Positions 15,918 to 24,355 of a stretch of DNA of 64,000 nt are shown here, in pieces. The stretch comes from a virus. Location of the stretch: the IMG/VR virus record IMGVR_UViG_3300036851_000321, positions 18,520-82,519 of that record, one strand, 5' to 3'. The translations under genes were made by a program, and so were the position numbers. Under the pieces are notes generated by a model that searched no databases, was not told the DNA's origin, and saw only the letters and a program-made list of their open reading frames with translations. The first letter of the stretch is position 1. Each line of letters starts with the position of its first letter.

Positions 15918-17848
15918 TCATCACCCTCTGGAATCGCCTCTTCGACCCAAGCGGAACAGAGCGCGAGCTCACGTGGAACGAACTCGAGCTCATGCTCTCG
16001 ACGCGGGCAGAATTTCTCGGCGGCGACCACCATCCGGGGTGGAGCCCGACGCGCTTTGAACCATGCCAGCGCGCGAAGGAGAACGCTCGCGCGGTCTGCG
16101 CCGCATGCTTCGACTTCGACAAGGGCGAATCGATCGCCACGGTGCTCGACCGCGTCCGTCCGATTGCGCGCGGCCTCTTGCACACGAGCCGAAAGCATCG
16201 CGAGCAGGGGCATGGTGACCGATTCCGCGTGGTCTTCCCGCTCTCCCGCTCGGCTTCGTGGTTTGAGTTCGAGGAACTTTGGAAGCGCCTCGCGCCAGCC
16301 GTTGGGAACGTGGATCCGGCACCGAAGGACGCGAGTCGCTTCTGGTACCTCCCGGGCACGGTGAGCGGAGCCGAGTGGCACGCGGAGAGCTGGGACGGTC
16401 CGGACATCGACGTCGACGCATGGCTCCGAAAGCCGGATCCGACGGTGCGCGCGCTGCCCGTCGTAGTCTCGCGCTCTGAGCGAACCAACACCGAGGAGCG
16501 AGCTCGCAGGTACATCGCGAAGATGGACCCAGCGGTTTCGGGCCAGAAGGGTCACCAGTCAACGTGGGACGTTGCGCTCGTGCTCATCCGTGGGTTCTCG
16601 CTCAGCGAGGATCGCGCGTACGCGTTGCTCTGTGAGTACAACACGAGATGCGTTCCGCCGTGGAGCGAGCGTGAGCTGAAGCACAAGATCAAGGGCGCTC
16701 TCGCGTCCGAAAAGGTGCCGCGTGGATTCCTGCTCGATCGCCCAGACGAGTGGAAAACCTACAAGAGCAGCATGCCCGCGATGCCGCCCGACGACGGGCA
16801 CGTGCTCGAGCCGCCGAAGGACTGGGAAGACCGTTACGCGGGCCCAGAAGAGAGTAACGAGGGTGCCCACGAGTCCGAGTCTGAGCGCGAACCGGGTGCC
16901 GACGAAGGCGAGACCCAGGGCTACGTAAGCGCCGAGCAGCGGTTCGGCGTGGTGGACATCCGGACGCTTTGCTTCGAGGTGCTCTCGGCCGTGAAGAGCG
17001 GCGTTGCTGCGCGCGGCCATACGACGGGACACGCTGACATCGACGCGCTCCTCTGCGGCCTTCGCCCCGGCATGGTCTCGCTCGTCGCCGCGAGTACGAG
17101 CTGGGGCAAGTCGAGCTGGGGAATCATGGTGGCCGACGAGAACCTACGCCGCGGCGTGCCGGTGCTCGTGGTGAGCGTGGAGGACGCGCAGCTCACGTAC
17201 GGGAAGCGCATCGTGGCTCGCCGCTCCGGCGTGAACGCGATCCGTATCCGCGACAACACATGCGACGAGGGAGACATCAAGAAGATCGAAAGGGTCGCCA
17301 TGCGGGCACCCAGTGATCCGTTTTACCTGAACGCAATCGGAAAGACCGTGGAGTGGTGCGCGGAGGCCATCGGAGCGATCTGCAAAGAGCGATCGATCGG
17401 TGTCATCGTGTGTGACTACGCCCAGCGCTTCCGGACGAAGAAGAACTTCGGAAGCGATCGGCGCTCCCAGGTGACCTACGTGGCGGAAGTGTTGAGCGAC
17501 GCCGGTCGCGTCGGTGGTGCGCACACACTGATCCTTTCGCAGCTCAAGCGCATCGAGGGACGCGAGCCGATGATGGACGACGTGAAGGAATCGGGGGACC
17601 TCGAGAACATGGCGGATCATGTGCTCCTGGGTCACAAGTTGCCGACCGGCGCGCGTTACTCCGAAGGGGAGGAGAAGCCAATGAAACGCGTGATGAAGGT
17701 CCACAAGAACAAGGACGGCCCAACGTTCACGGACGCTTGGATCGACATGCCGTTCGACCTGGTGACCGCGAGTTTCGTGACCGTAACGGGTGAAGAACAA
17801 ATCAACCGCGCGCACGACGACGGAGAGCGCGCACTAGGGAGTTACTGA
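15914..17848 (+). CDS. Primase-like domain fused to DnaB-like helicase
   Basis: N-terminal FDFD, HTS..H, RFRVVFP, KDASRFWY; CVPPWSERELKHK; C-terminal STSWGKS, DYAQ, LSQL, ESGDLENMAD, KNKDG. Confidence 0.85.
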   Translation: MIITLWNRLFDPSGTERELTWNELELMLSTRAEFLGGDHHPGWSPTRFEPCQRAKENARAVCAACFDFDKGESIATVLDRVRPIARGLLHTSRKHREQGHGDRFRVVFPLSRSASWFEFEELWKRLAPAVGNVDPAPKDASRFWYLPGTVSGAEWHAESWDGPDIDVDAWLRKPDPTVRALPVVVSRSERTNTEERARRYIAKMDPAVSGQKGHQSTWDVALVLIRGFSLSEDRAYALLCEYNTRCVPPWSERELKHKIKGALASEKVPRGFLLDRPDEWKTYKSSMPAMPPDDGHVLEPPKDWEDRYAGPEESNEGAHESESEREPGADEGETQGYVSAEQRFGVVDIRTLCFEVLSAVKSGVAARGHTTGHADIDALLCGLRPGMVSLVAASTSWGKSSWGIMVADENLRRGVPVLVVSVEDAQLTYGKRIVARRSGVNAIRIRDNTCDEGDIKKIERVAMRAPSDPFYLNAIGKTVEWCAEAIGAICKERSIGVIVCDYAQRFRTKKNFGSDRRSQVTYVAEVLSDAGRVGGAHTLILSQLKRIEGREPMMDDVKESGDLENMADHVLLGHKLPTGARYSEGEEKPMKRVMKVHKNKDGPTFTDAWIDMPFDLVTASFVTVTGEEQINRAHDDGERALGSY

Positions 17849-18330
17849 TGGCCGATGGACTCAACAGATGTATGCTTCTTGGGAATCTAGGCGCTGACCC
17901 GGAACTCAGGATGACGAGCGGCGGACAGGCCGTTCTCAAGTTGCGGCTTGCCACGAGCGAGACGTACCTCGATCGCAACAAGGTCCGCCAGGAGCGCACG
18001 GAGTGGCACAGCGTCGTCATCTGGGGGAAGCGCGGCGAAGCCCTGGCGAAGATCCTCGCCAAGGGCTCGCGCATTTTCGTCGAAGGTGGGCTCAGGACAT
18101 CGAGCTACGACGACAAGGAGGGTCACAAGCGCTACAAGACCGAGGTCGTGGCGAACAACATCATCCTTTCGGGTGGTGCGCGCGGTGGTGACAAGGGGCC
18201 TAGCGAATCGCCGACGACAGCAGGCGGCGGATACAGCGACGAGGACTACGGGGTGAAGCCACCGGGGAGCGACGATGAAATCCCGTTTGCCTTCGTGACA
18301 TACGGTAGCCGCGAGGCGTGGTGGCCATGA
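17848..18330 (+). CDS. ssb: Single-stranded DNA-binding protein
   Basis: LNRCMLLGNLGADPELR...TEWHSVVIWGK...DDEIPF. Confidence 0.97.
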   Translation: MADGLNRCMLLGNLGADPELRMTSGGQAVLKLRLATSETYLDRNKVRQERTEWHSVVIWGKRGEALAKILAKGSRIFVEGGLRTSSYDDKEGHKRYKTEVVANNIILSGGARGGDKGPSESPTTAGGGYSDEDYGVKPPGSDDEIPFAFVTYGSREAWWP

Positions 18331-18854
18331 CGAGACGAAAAAACATCGAGGAAGCTAGACCGGGTCGTCATGACGATCTTGTGGCAGAGCTTCTGAAAAA
18401 CTCGAACGCGGTTGTGCAAGCTGCCGGTTGGGCGAGTGCACCAGGTAAGCCTTTGATTGTAGTGGAGAGGCCGTGCGGGAAGGGACACATCGACATCTGC
18501 ATGTCATGGAAATGTCGTCTCTGTGCGGAGCACGACAAGGCAATCGGTTTCCGAGGAATAATAGTCGAAGTAAAAAGCGAGCTGGAGCAGTGGTCGGCGG
18601 GCGACGTTATCCGCCAACTGAAGGGGTACAAGAAAAACTTCGACCAGAGGTCGACCGGTTGGTTCTACGACGACGAGGGAACCAGGATAGGTGACACGTC
18701 AGAATGCTTCCGCTGCAAACTGCGCGAATCAACGCTGGCTTTGTTTTCCGGGCGCGCCCTGACTGAATCGGAGAGGCTGCTTCTGCGCCACGAGCGCGTA
18801 TTCATAGTCGAGCCGAAGTGGCGTGCCGTGGAGGGGATAGCGCATGCGAACTGA
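18327..18854 (+). CDS. PD-(D/E)xK nuclease-like protein
   Basis: GHIDI...IIVEVK...IRQLKGY; visibly more AT-rich than neighbours. Confidence 0.6.
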   Translation: MTRRKNIEEARPGRHDDLVAELLKNSNAVVQAAGWASAPGKPLIVVERPCGKGHIDICMSWKCRLCAEHDKAIGFRGIIVEVKSELEQWSAGDVIRQLKGYKKNFDQRSTGWFYDDEGTRIGDTSECFRCKLRESTLALFSGRALTESERLLLRHERVFIVEPKWRAVEGIAHAN

Positions 18855-19017
18855 CATTCCGCCCGACCTCGCCCGCAAGGCCGCGTCCGTCGATCCAGCG
18901 CTCCTCCGCTGGCTCGAGACGGCCTATCCGACCGACGAGGAGCAGGCCGAGCGCGAGCGACGTCGACGCGGACAGCGCAACCAGCTCCCGATCCGCTTCC
19001 CGAAGAGCGCAGCATGA
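18844..19017 (+). CDS. Small hypothetical protein (57 aa)
   Basis: Hand translation MRTDIPPDLARKAA...; GGAGGGG RBS. Confidence 0.5.
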   Translation: MRTDIPPDLARKAASVDPALLRWLETAYPTDEEQAERERRRRGQRNQLPIRFPKSAA

Positions 19018-19189
19018 CCCCCGCCGACCCCAACCCCACCCGTACCCGCCGCCCCCTCCACGGCGCCTTCAACCCGAGGCCACGCTCCGGGACGCTTTCG
19101 GGGGAGAGGGTGGCGATGCCGGGGAGGACGGTGCCGGAGTTGGCTGAGTCGATCAGAAGGCCAGCGTTGCCGCCGCATAGGAGGCGGAA

Positions 19190-19570
19190 GTGATGAGTCA
19201 CTCGGATTTGATCCGCAGAATGATGGACGGTGTCGAGCGGCATACCGCCAAGATGTTCGAGCGCTCATGGTGGTGCGCCGATCGCCTGGAGCGACGGGCG
19301 CGGCTACAGACGATCGTGGAGCTGTCCGTCGAGCTGACGAAGATTCGTTCGGTGAACATGTTCTCGACGCTGCTCGGTGAGGCCGCGATCGGTGACGTGA
19401 TCGAGGGCGACTGGGACGGTTTGAAGATGTGGATCGACCACTTCACGTTCGCCGACGAGGGCCCGGAGATCCGTGAGGTGTACGCGCCGATCTGGTCGCA
19501 CTTTCGAGACCTGCTCGCCGCGGCGCACGGGTCGGCAATGGCGAGGACGAAAGGACAACTGAAGTCATGA
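19190..19570 (+). CDS. Hypothetical protein
   Basis: AGGAGG RBS; GC3-rich codons. Confidence 0.7.
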   Translation: MMSHSDLIRRMMDGVERHTAKMFERSWWCADRLERRARLQTIVELSVELTKIRSVNMFSTLLGEAAIGDVIEGDWDGLKMWIDHFTFADEGPEIREVYAPIWSHFRDLLAAAHGSAMARTKGQLKS

Positions 19571-19628
19571 CCCACCCTCCCCCTCCCTCCCGCCTCTGCA
19601 ACCGGCCGTGTCCGCGAAGGGGGATGCG

Positions 19629-19841
19629 GTGAGCGAGCAGCAAGACGTGTTGTGGGCTATCTACATCGTGAGCGATCGCGGCACCCGCGTCGTCAATCGA
19701 CGATTCACCGTGCGCAGCGAGGCGGACATTCTCTACGCGAGCGAGCGCGCCCGGCTTTACGAGAGGGCTAGGTGGCACGTGGAGATGGATCGCGAAGTGT
19801 GGCGTGGGAGCGAGATGATCTCGACGGAGAACGTGCTTTGA
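19629..19841 (+). CDS. Hypothetical protein
   Basis: RBS; stop overlaps next start. Confidence 0.5.
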   Translation: MSEQQDVLWAIYIVSDRGTRVVNRRFTVRSEADILYASERARLYERARWHVEMDREVWRGSEMISTENVL

Positions 19842-20398
19842 CCACCAACGGCCCCCCCACCCAGTCCCCGCCCCCAGAGGCTCCCCGCGAACCCACCATG
19901 CGCATCTTCGTCGAAGTGAGCACGCCCGAGGGCATGCGCGAAGTTTGGGATCCGGACGACGAGATGATGGGGGCGCTCGGGTGGGAACGAAAGCCTGTGG
20001 TGCCGCCGGGCGATGCCGTTGTGCACGGGGACGACAAGACCGGCGCCTACACGAACGGCTACACGCTCAGCGACGATGAGCTGAGCCGCGCGGCCGAGGC
20101 GAGAGGCGACGACGAATTCGGCAAGCTCGTAGAAGACACGTGCTCACCCGAGGAAGCAGAGAGGCGGATCGCGTGGGCGAAGCGTGAGCTTCAGAGAATG
20201 AGCGACGATCCGCCCACCGGCGAAACCGAGCACGGGGACAAGGTGTACAGCGTGAAGCCGGCGGGGAAGCTCCCGAGTGATCGCCTGGACGAGATGCGAG
20301 CTGAACGCTTCCCGCGCCATGACCCGGACGCCTTCGAGGTGCTCGCACTCATTGGGTCGTACCTCGACGAACAGGCGCGGGAGAGGAGCGGAGGGTGA
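19838..20398 (+). CDS. Acidic hypothetical protein
   Basis: Overlaps at both ends. Confidence 0.6.
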   Translation: MTTNGPPTQSPPPEAPREPTMRIFVEVSTPEGMREVWDPDDEMMGALGWERKPVVPPGDAVVHGDDKTGAYTNGYTLSDDELSRAAEARGDDEFGKLVEDTCSPEEAERRIAWAKRELQRMSDDPPTGETEHGDKVYSVKPAGKLPSDRLDEMRAERFPRHDPDAFEVLALIGSYLDEQARERSGG

Positions 20399-20589
20399 TG
20401 AAAGCCACCATCGGCGACATCACCCTCACCAGCGCGAACGGCTACGAGTTCGACGCCTTCGTGATCGGCTGGTGCTTCTGGCGCTGGTTCCGTTGGTGGA
20501 TGAGCGAAGAGCGCGGGTGGGTGACGGTGACAGCGGCTGACGGCGGCGAGAGGAAGATTCTAGTTGTGAGAACGAAAGGCAAGTCATGA
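20395..20589 (+). CDS. Hypothetical protein
   Basis: Overlaps at both ends. Confidence 0.6.
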   Translation: MMKATIGDITLTSANGYEFDAFVIGWCFWRWFRWWMSEERGWVTVTAADGGERKILVVRTKGKS

Positions 20590-21026
20590 GCGAGCAGGCG
20601 ATCCAAACGGTGAACCTCGAAGACGCGGCGAAGCAGCTTCGGGAAAAGATCCGACTCGCGTTCGTTGATCTCATTCCACCCGAGCAGTGGGACGCGATGG
20701 TGAAAACGGAGCTCGAGGCCTTCACCAAACCGCGTCCGCCGGAGCGCGATCAGTGGGGACACGTTCGCGTAAATGAGCGCCCGAGCGTGTTCCACGAGGT
20801 GGCCGAGCAGGTGTATCGAGAGCACCTGAAAGAGCTGGTCAAAGCGGAGCTACAGAAGCCGGAGTGGTGCGGGCAGTGGGACAGCTCCGAGGGGCGCTAC
20901 GTCTTCGGGGAAAAGGTGAACGCGTGGCTCACGGAGAACTCGGCGGCGATTATGCACACGATGCTGCGGGAGATGTTTGGAGCGGTGGCGCAGGGGATGG
21001 TTGAGCGGCTACGAAACGGAATGTGA
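20586..21026 (+). CDS. Hypothetical protein
   Basis: ATGA overlap; IRLAFVDLIPPEQW segment. Confidence 0.7.
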   Translation: MSEQAIQTVNLEDAAKQLREKIRLAFVDLIPPEQWDAMVKTELEAFTKPRPPERDQWGHVRVNERPSVFHEVAEQVYREHLKELVKAELQKPEWCGQWDSSEGRYVFGEKVNAWLTENSAAIMHTMLREMFGAVAQGMVERLRNGM

Positions 21027-21042
21027 GAACGAAAGGCACCCC

Positions 21043-21261
21043 ATGACCAAGAAGCAGACCAAGAAGAAACCGAAGGCGCGGAAGAGGACGGGGCGTACCA
21101 GCCGAAGCGTCGCCAGCACAGCGGGTAAGCTGCTCGCCGAGCTGAAGAGCGGGAAGCGGATCTACCTAGCGGACGGTAAGAAGCCGTGGCGCGACATTAC
21201 AGACCGGGCTGAGCGGGTGTTTGCGAGCGCCTTGGTGCAGCGGGAGAGTCGGGCGAAGTGA
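21043..21261 (+). CDS. Small basic protein
   Basis: MTKKQTKKKPK...TSRSVASTAGKLL...ASALVQ. Confidence 0.6.
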   Translation: MTKKQTKKKPKARKRTGRTSRSVASTAGKLLAELKSGKRIYLADGKKPWRDITDRAERVFASALVQRESRAK

Positions 21262-21611
21262 GACTTCCAGACCACATCCGCGACGCCCAGAACGAAGTAT
21301 TTGGGCAACAGATTGAGCTCTGCGGGTTGCTAGCGGCGGCGTTCTGGCAAAAGTACGGAAGCGTGCGGATGACCGTTCGAGAGTCCGGAGATGGCGAATC
21401 GTGCATCCACGAGCCAGTGCCGGCGGAGCCGGTTGTTTGCGCCGAGCCACTCGTGTGGAAGGCGCGCGCCGAGCAGTACCGGCGCGTCTGCGACATCCCG
21501 CCGGAGGAGTGCGTCGTCGTCACTCGGTACCTTGCGGGCGGCCGTGGGACTGTTGGTTTCGAGCGCAAGAGGATGCCCGTGTTGCTTGGGCCGATACCGG
21601 AGGCGAAGTAG
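21258..21611 (+). CDS. Hypothetical protein
   Basis: Overlaps at both ends. Confidence 0.55.
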   Translation: MRLPDHIRDAQNEVFGQQIELCGLLAAAFWQKYGSVRMTVRESGDGESCIHEPVPAEPVVCAEPLVWKARAEQYRRVCDIPPEECVVVTRYLAGGRGTVGFERKRMPVLLGPIPEAK

Positions 21612-22069
21612 TGCCGCGGGAGAAGTGGCCGACACACGAGTGGGACGCGTACGAGGCCGCGGAGCCGAAGCTCCGTCTGCTAAAGCCGCAGATCCGGGTG
21701 ACCGAAGCCGTCGGCCAACGCTTGCTTGCCATGCGTCGCATCGAGTTTGAGCACAACCACATGCTTCTCCTGATGTTTGACTCCGGGTTCGTGGCCATCG
21801 AGTCGACCCAGGAAGACGAGGCGTTCCACGAGGTCTGGACTGGGCTATCCGACTTGGACATGGACGCACGGGACTCGCTCAATTGCCTAGCTGAGCTGGT
21901 TGGCCTCGGCGTCATCGATGAGACCGAAGCAGAAGACTGGCCGCCCAAGTGGCACGCTTGGAACAAGGACGGCCAGGCATACTTCGATCACCGAGACGAC
22001 AAGCGGTGGCTCGTCGGCTTTCGGGAGCGGAATGCCGCGCGGCGGGAGGCCCAAGAAAAAGCCCGCTGA
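21611..22069 (+). CDS. Hypothetical protein
   Basis: Start overlaps previous stop. Confidence 0.55.
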   Translation: MPREKWPTHEWDAYEAAEPKLRLLKPQIRVTEAVGQRLLAMRRIEFEHNHMLLLMFDSGFVAIESTQEDEAFHEVWTGLSDLDMDARDSLNCLAELVGLGVIDETEAEDWPPKWHAWNKDGQAYFDHRDDKRWLVGFRERNAARREAQEKAR

Positions 22070-22125
22070 CCTTTCGGCGCGGGCTCCTTCCGGTTCCTGG
22101 CGGGACTTGGAAGGAAGTTAGCACG

Positions 22126-22860
22126 ATGGCCGATGGTGAAGCTACCGGGCTGGACCCGGTGACCGATTCAAAGACCAAACGACCCCGAAAAGCACCCGAG
22201 GAACACTACGACTCGGACGCCGAATGGCTCGTGCTGATGGGCGACACGGCGATGGGGGAACGCGGGACGCTCGCGAGCACCGTTGCCCAACTCGAGCACG
22301 GCGGGCCGTTCACGGGCATCCCCAACACGGACCCGTACTCGGATCAGCAGGTCGGCTGGGGGAAGACCCAGATCGGGCTCGTGGAGAAGCATCGGCACCT
22401 GACGGTCGCGCGGCAGCTCGTCACCCCTGAGTGTTGGGCGGACCTCGTGCTTCGCTACACCGCACCGCCCGCGGTGCTCCGCTCGGACGAGGGCTTTGGT
22501 GCCCGCGACGCCTGCCCGACCGCCGAGGACATCGAGCACAACCGAGCGATCGAGACGCAGAAGCCCACGGCCTTTCACACCAGGCGTGGCACAGAGGCCC
22601 AGCTGGGGGCTTTCGCGGCCCTCGCGCTCCGGCATTGCGACGACCCGGAAAAGCTCATGGTGGCCTGCCTGGACCCGCAGAAGGGCCGACACTCGCGGGT
22701 CATCAACGCCGCCCTCGAGAAGGCCAAGAAGATCAGTGCGGCGCGTCACACGGAGTGGCGAGCGGCGAAGGATCTAGCGTCACGCCCGCGGCGAATCGGC
22801 GAGCGCCGAGCGCTCCTGCCGGCGCACGTTCCGCATTTGCCGGAGTCCGAGGTCGAATGA
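22126..22860 (+). CDS. Hypothetical protein, possible late-transcription regulator
   Basis: AAGGAAG RBS; lies at the early/late boundary (function from position only). Confidence 0.5.
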   Translation: MADGEATGLDPVTDSKTKRPRKAPEEHYDSDAEWLVLMGDTAMGERGTLASTVAQLEHGGPFTGIPNTDPYSDQQVGWGKTQIGLVEKHRHLTVARQLVTPECWADLVLRYTAPPAVLRSDEGFGARDACPTAEDIEHNRAIETQKPTAFHTRRGTEAQLGAFAALALRHCDDPEKLMVACLDPQKGRHSRVINAALEKAKKISAARHTEWRAAKDLASRPRRIGERRALLPAHVPHLPESEVE

Positions 22861-23282
22861 CCGAGCCCCGCGCGGACCGGTGGATCCGCCTGTACGACCT
22901 CGGCGTGATCCTCCGAAAAACCCACACGGACCTACAGGGCTTGTCGCGGCGAGTGCTCCGGCAGCGCGTCTACCGAATCGTGCGCACGGCCGAGAGTTTC
23001 CATGAGCGCCGGTTCACAAAGCTCTGGCGAGGGAGGCTCTACGTGAGCGTCAACGCGCTCGACGAGATCAAGCCGCCCGACGATCAGCGGCTCGGCCAGA
23101 TCGAGATCAACCAGGTGGACGCTCGTACAAAAATCGCCCGTCTCGAGCGGCAAAGTAATTCGCACGGTGCAAGAATCCGCAATCTCGAAAAGTGGCGCGA
23201 GCTTACGCAGCAATATATGGCCGACGTTGCGGCCCTCGAGTGCGCCGAGAATGACTCAAAACTGCACACCAGGTCCGGGTAG
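22857..23282 (+). CDS. Basic protein with coiled coil, possible DNA-binding regulator
   Basis: WIRLYDLG...; RTKIARLERQ...IRNLEK heptads. Confidence 0.55.
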   Translation: MTEPRADRWIRLYDLGVILRKTHTDLQGLSRRVLRQRVYRIVRTAESFHERRFTKLWRGRLYVSVNALDEIKPPDDQRLGQIEINQVDARTKIARLERQSNSHGARIRNLEKWRELTQQYMADVAALECAENDSKLHTRSG

Positions 23283-23289
23283 GGTGTAG

Positions 23290-23540
23290 GGGCTCGCGCG
23301 GTACCAGGAGAAATCCTGAGGGCCGCCCAGACGCCCCGGCCATCCCAACGGTTCCGGCCCGCACCGGCATGACCTACCAGCTCGACACCCGCCGCGACTC
23401 CCTGAAAGCGAAGCGCGAGCGGACACGAGCCCACGGGTGGAACGTCTCCTCCCTCCGCTCCGAGTCAGCATCGCCGATCGCCTACGGGTGAAGGCGGAAG
23501 CGGAGGATGAGGCGGGGGACAGGGCGGATGAAGTGCTGAG
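23290..23540 (+). ncRNA. Candidate structured RNA / late-operon leader
   Basis: About 275-nt gap with CAGGA-GAAA-TCCTG, TCGCC-TACG-GGTGA and long-range GGGCTCG/CGAGCCC pairings. Confidence 0.45.
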
Positions 23541-23558
23541 CCAGGCGGGGATGTCAAC

Positions 23559-23864
23559 GTGACCGTCGAGCCGGCCACGGAGTTCTTCACGCTGCTCAGG
23601 TACGGCGAGGACGACCGCTGGTACGTGCTCGGGGTGGCCACCGACGACGCGCTCCTGGTGCTCGCGGTGATGCTCGGCTTCGGCATGGCGTTCGAAAGCC
23701 TGAAACAACAGATTTGGCCGGCAGGGCTCACGCCCGAGTGGAGTCGTTCGCGGCTCCCGCCGGTTGCTAAGCGGTTCCGGGAAAGGCCGGCTGCCAGTTC
23801 GAGACTGGTGAATCGCACCTGGACCTACATGCGGGGACCGAACGCCCATAGAGACCGAACATGA
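23559..23864 (+). CDS. Hypothetical protein
   Basis: Stop overlaps the terminase small subunit start. Confidence 0.5.
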   Translation: MTVEPATEFFTLLRYGEDDRWYVLGVATDDALLVLAVMLGFGMAFESLKQQIWPAGLTPEWSRSRLPPVAKRFRERPAASSRLVNRTWTYMRGPNAHRDRT

Positions 23865-24355
23865 CCACGGCCGACGAAGACCGGATAGCGGCCAGACGAG
23901 CTGAGGCGATTCGGCTCCGGGTGCGCGGCAAGACGATTCGCGAGATCGCGGACGCGCTCCAAATCGGGGTGGCGACGGCGCACGACGACGTTCGAACGGC
24001 CATGCGAGAGACGGCCAAGCAGGCCGAGGACGACGTGCAGGCCGAGCTTGGCCTCGAGCTTCGCCGGCTGGAACGGGCGCTCGACATCGTCGAGAAGGTC
24101 CTGACTGGCGGCAACTCCGCGGACCCCGAAGACGGTGACGAGCTGACGCTCAAGGCCCTCGATCGCCTCGTCAAAATCCAAGATCAGCGCGCGAAGCTGC
24201 TCGGTCTCTACGCTCCCGAGAAGCGTGACATCAACGCGAAGGTCTCGGCGGTCGGACTCGATGAGCTCGACGAGATGAGGCGCGGGGCGGAAGCGAACGC
24301 AGCATGCCCGCCGACGGAGCCGGAACCGACAGACGACAGCGAGCCGAGTTCCTAG
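23861..24355 (+). CDS. terS: Terminase small subunit
   Basis: RRAEAIRLRVRGKTIREIADALQI HTH; RAKLLGLYAPEK; upstream of terL. Confidence 0.85.
   Translation: MTTADEDRIAARRAEAIRLRVRGKTIREIADALQIGVATAHDDVRTAMRETAKQAEDDVQAELGLELRRLERALDIVEKVLTGGNSADPEDGDELTLKALDRLVKIQDQRAKLLGLYAPEKRDINAKVSAVGLDELDEMRRGAEANAACPPTEPEPTDDSEPSS

Noticed and set aside
18944-18957. 14-nt match (AGGCCGAGCGCGAG) to 10202-10215 as a TnpB self-target
   Set aside because: It lies beyond the predicted 20-nt guide and is explained by common Ala-Glu-Arg-Glu codons in GC-rich DNA.
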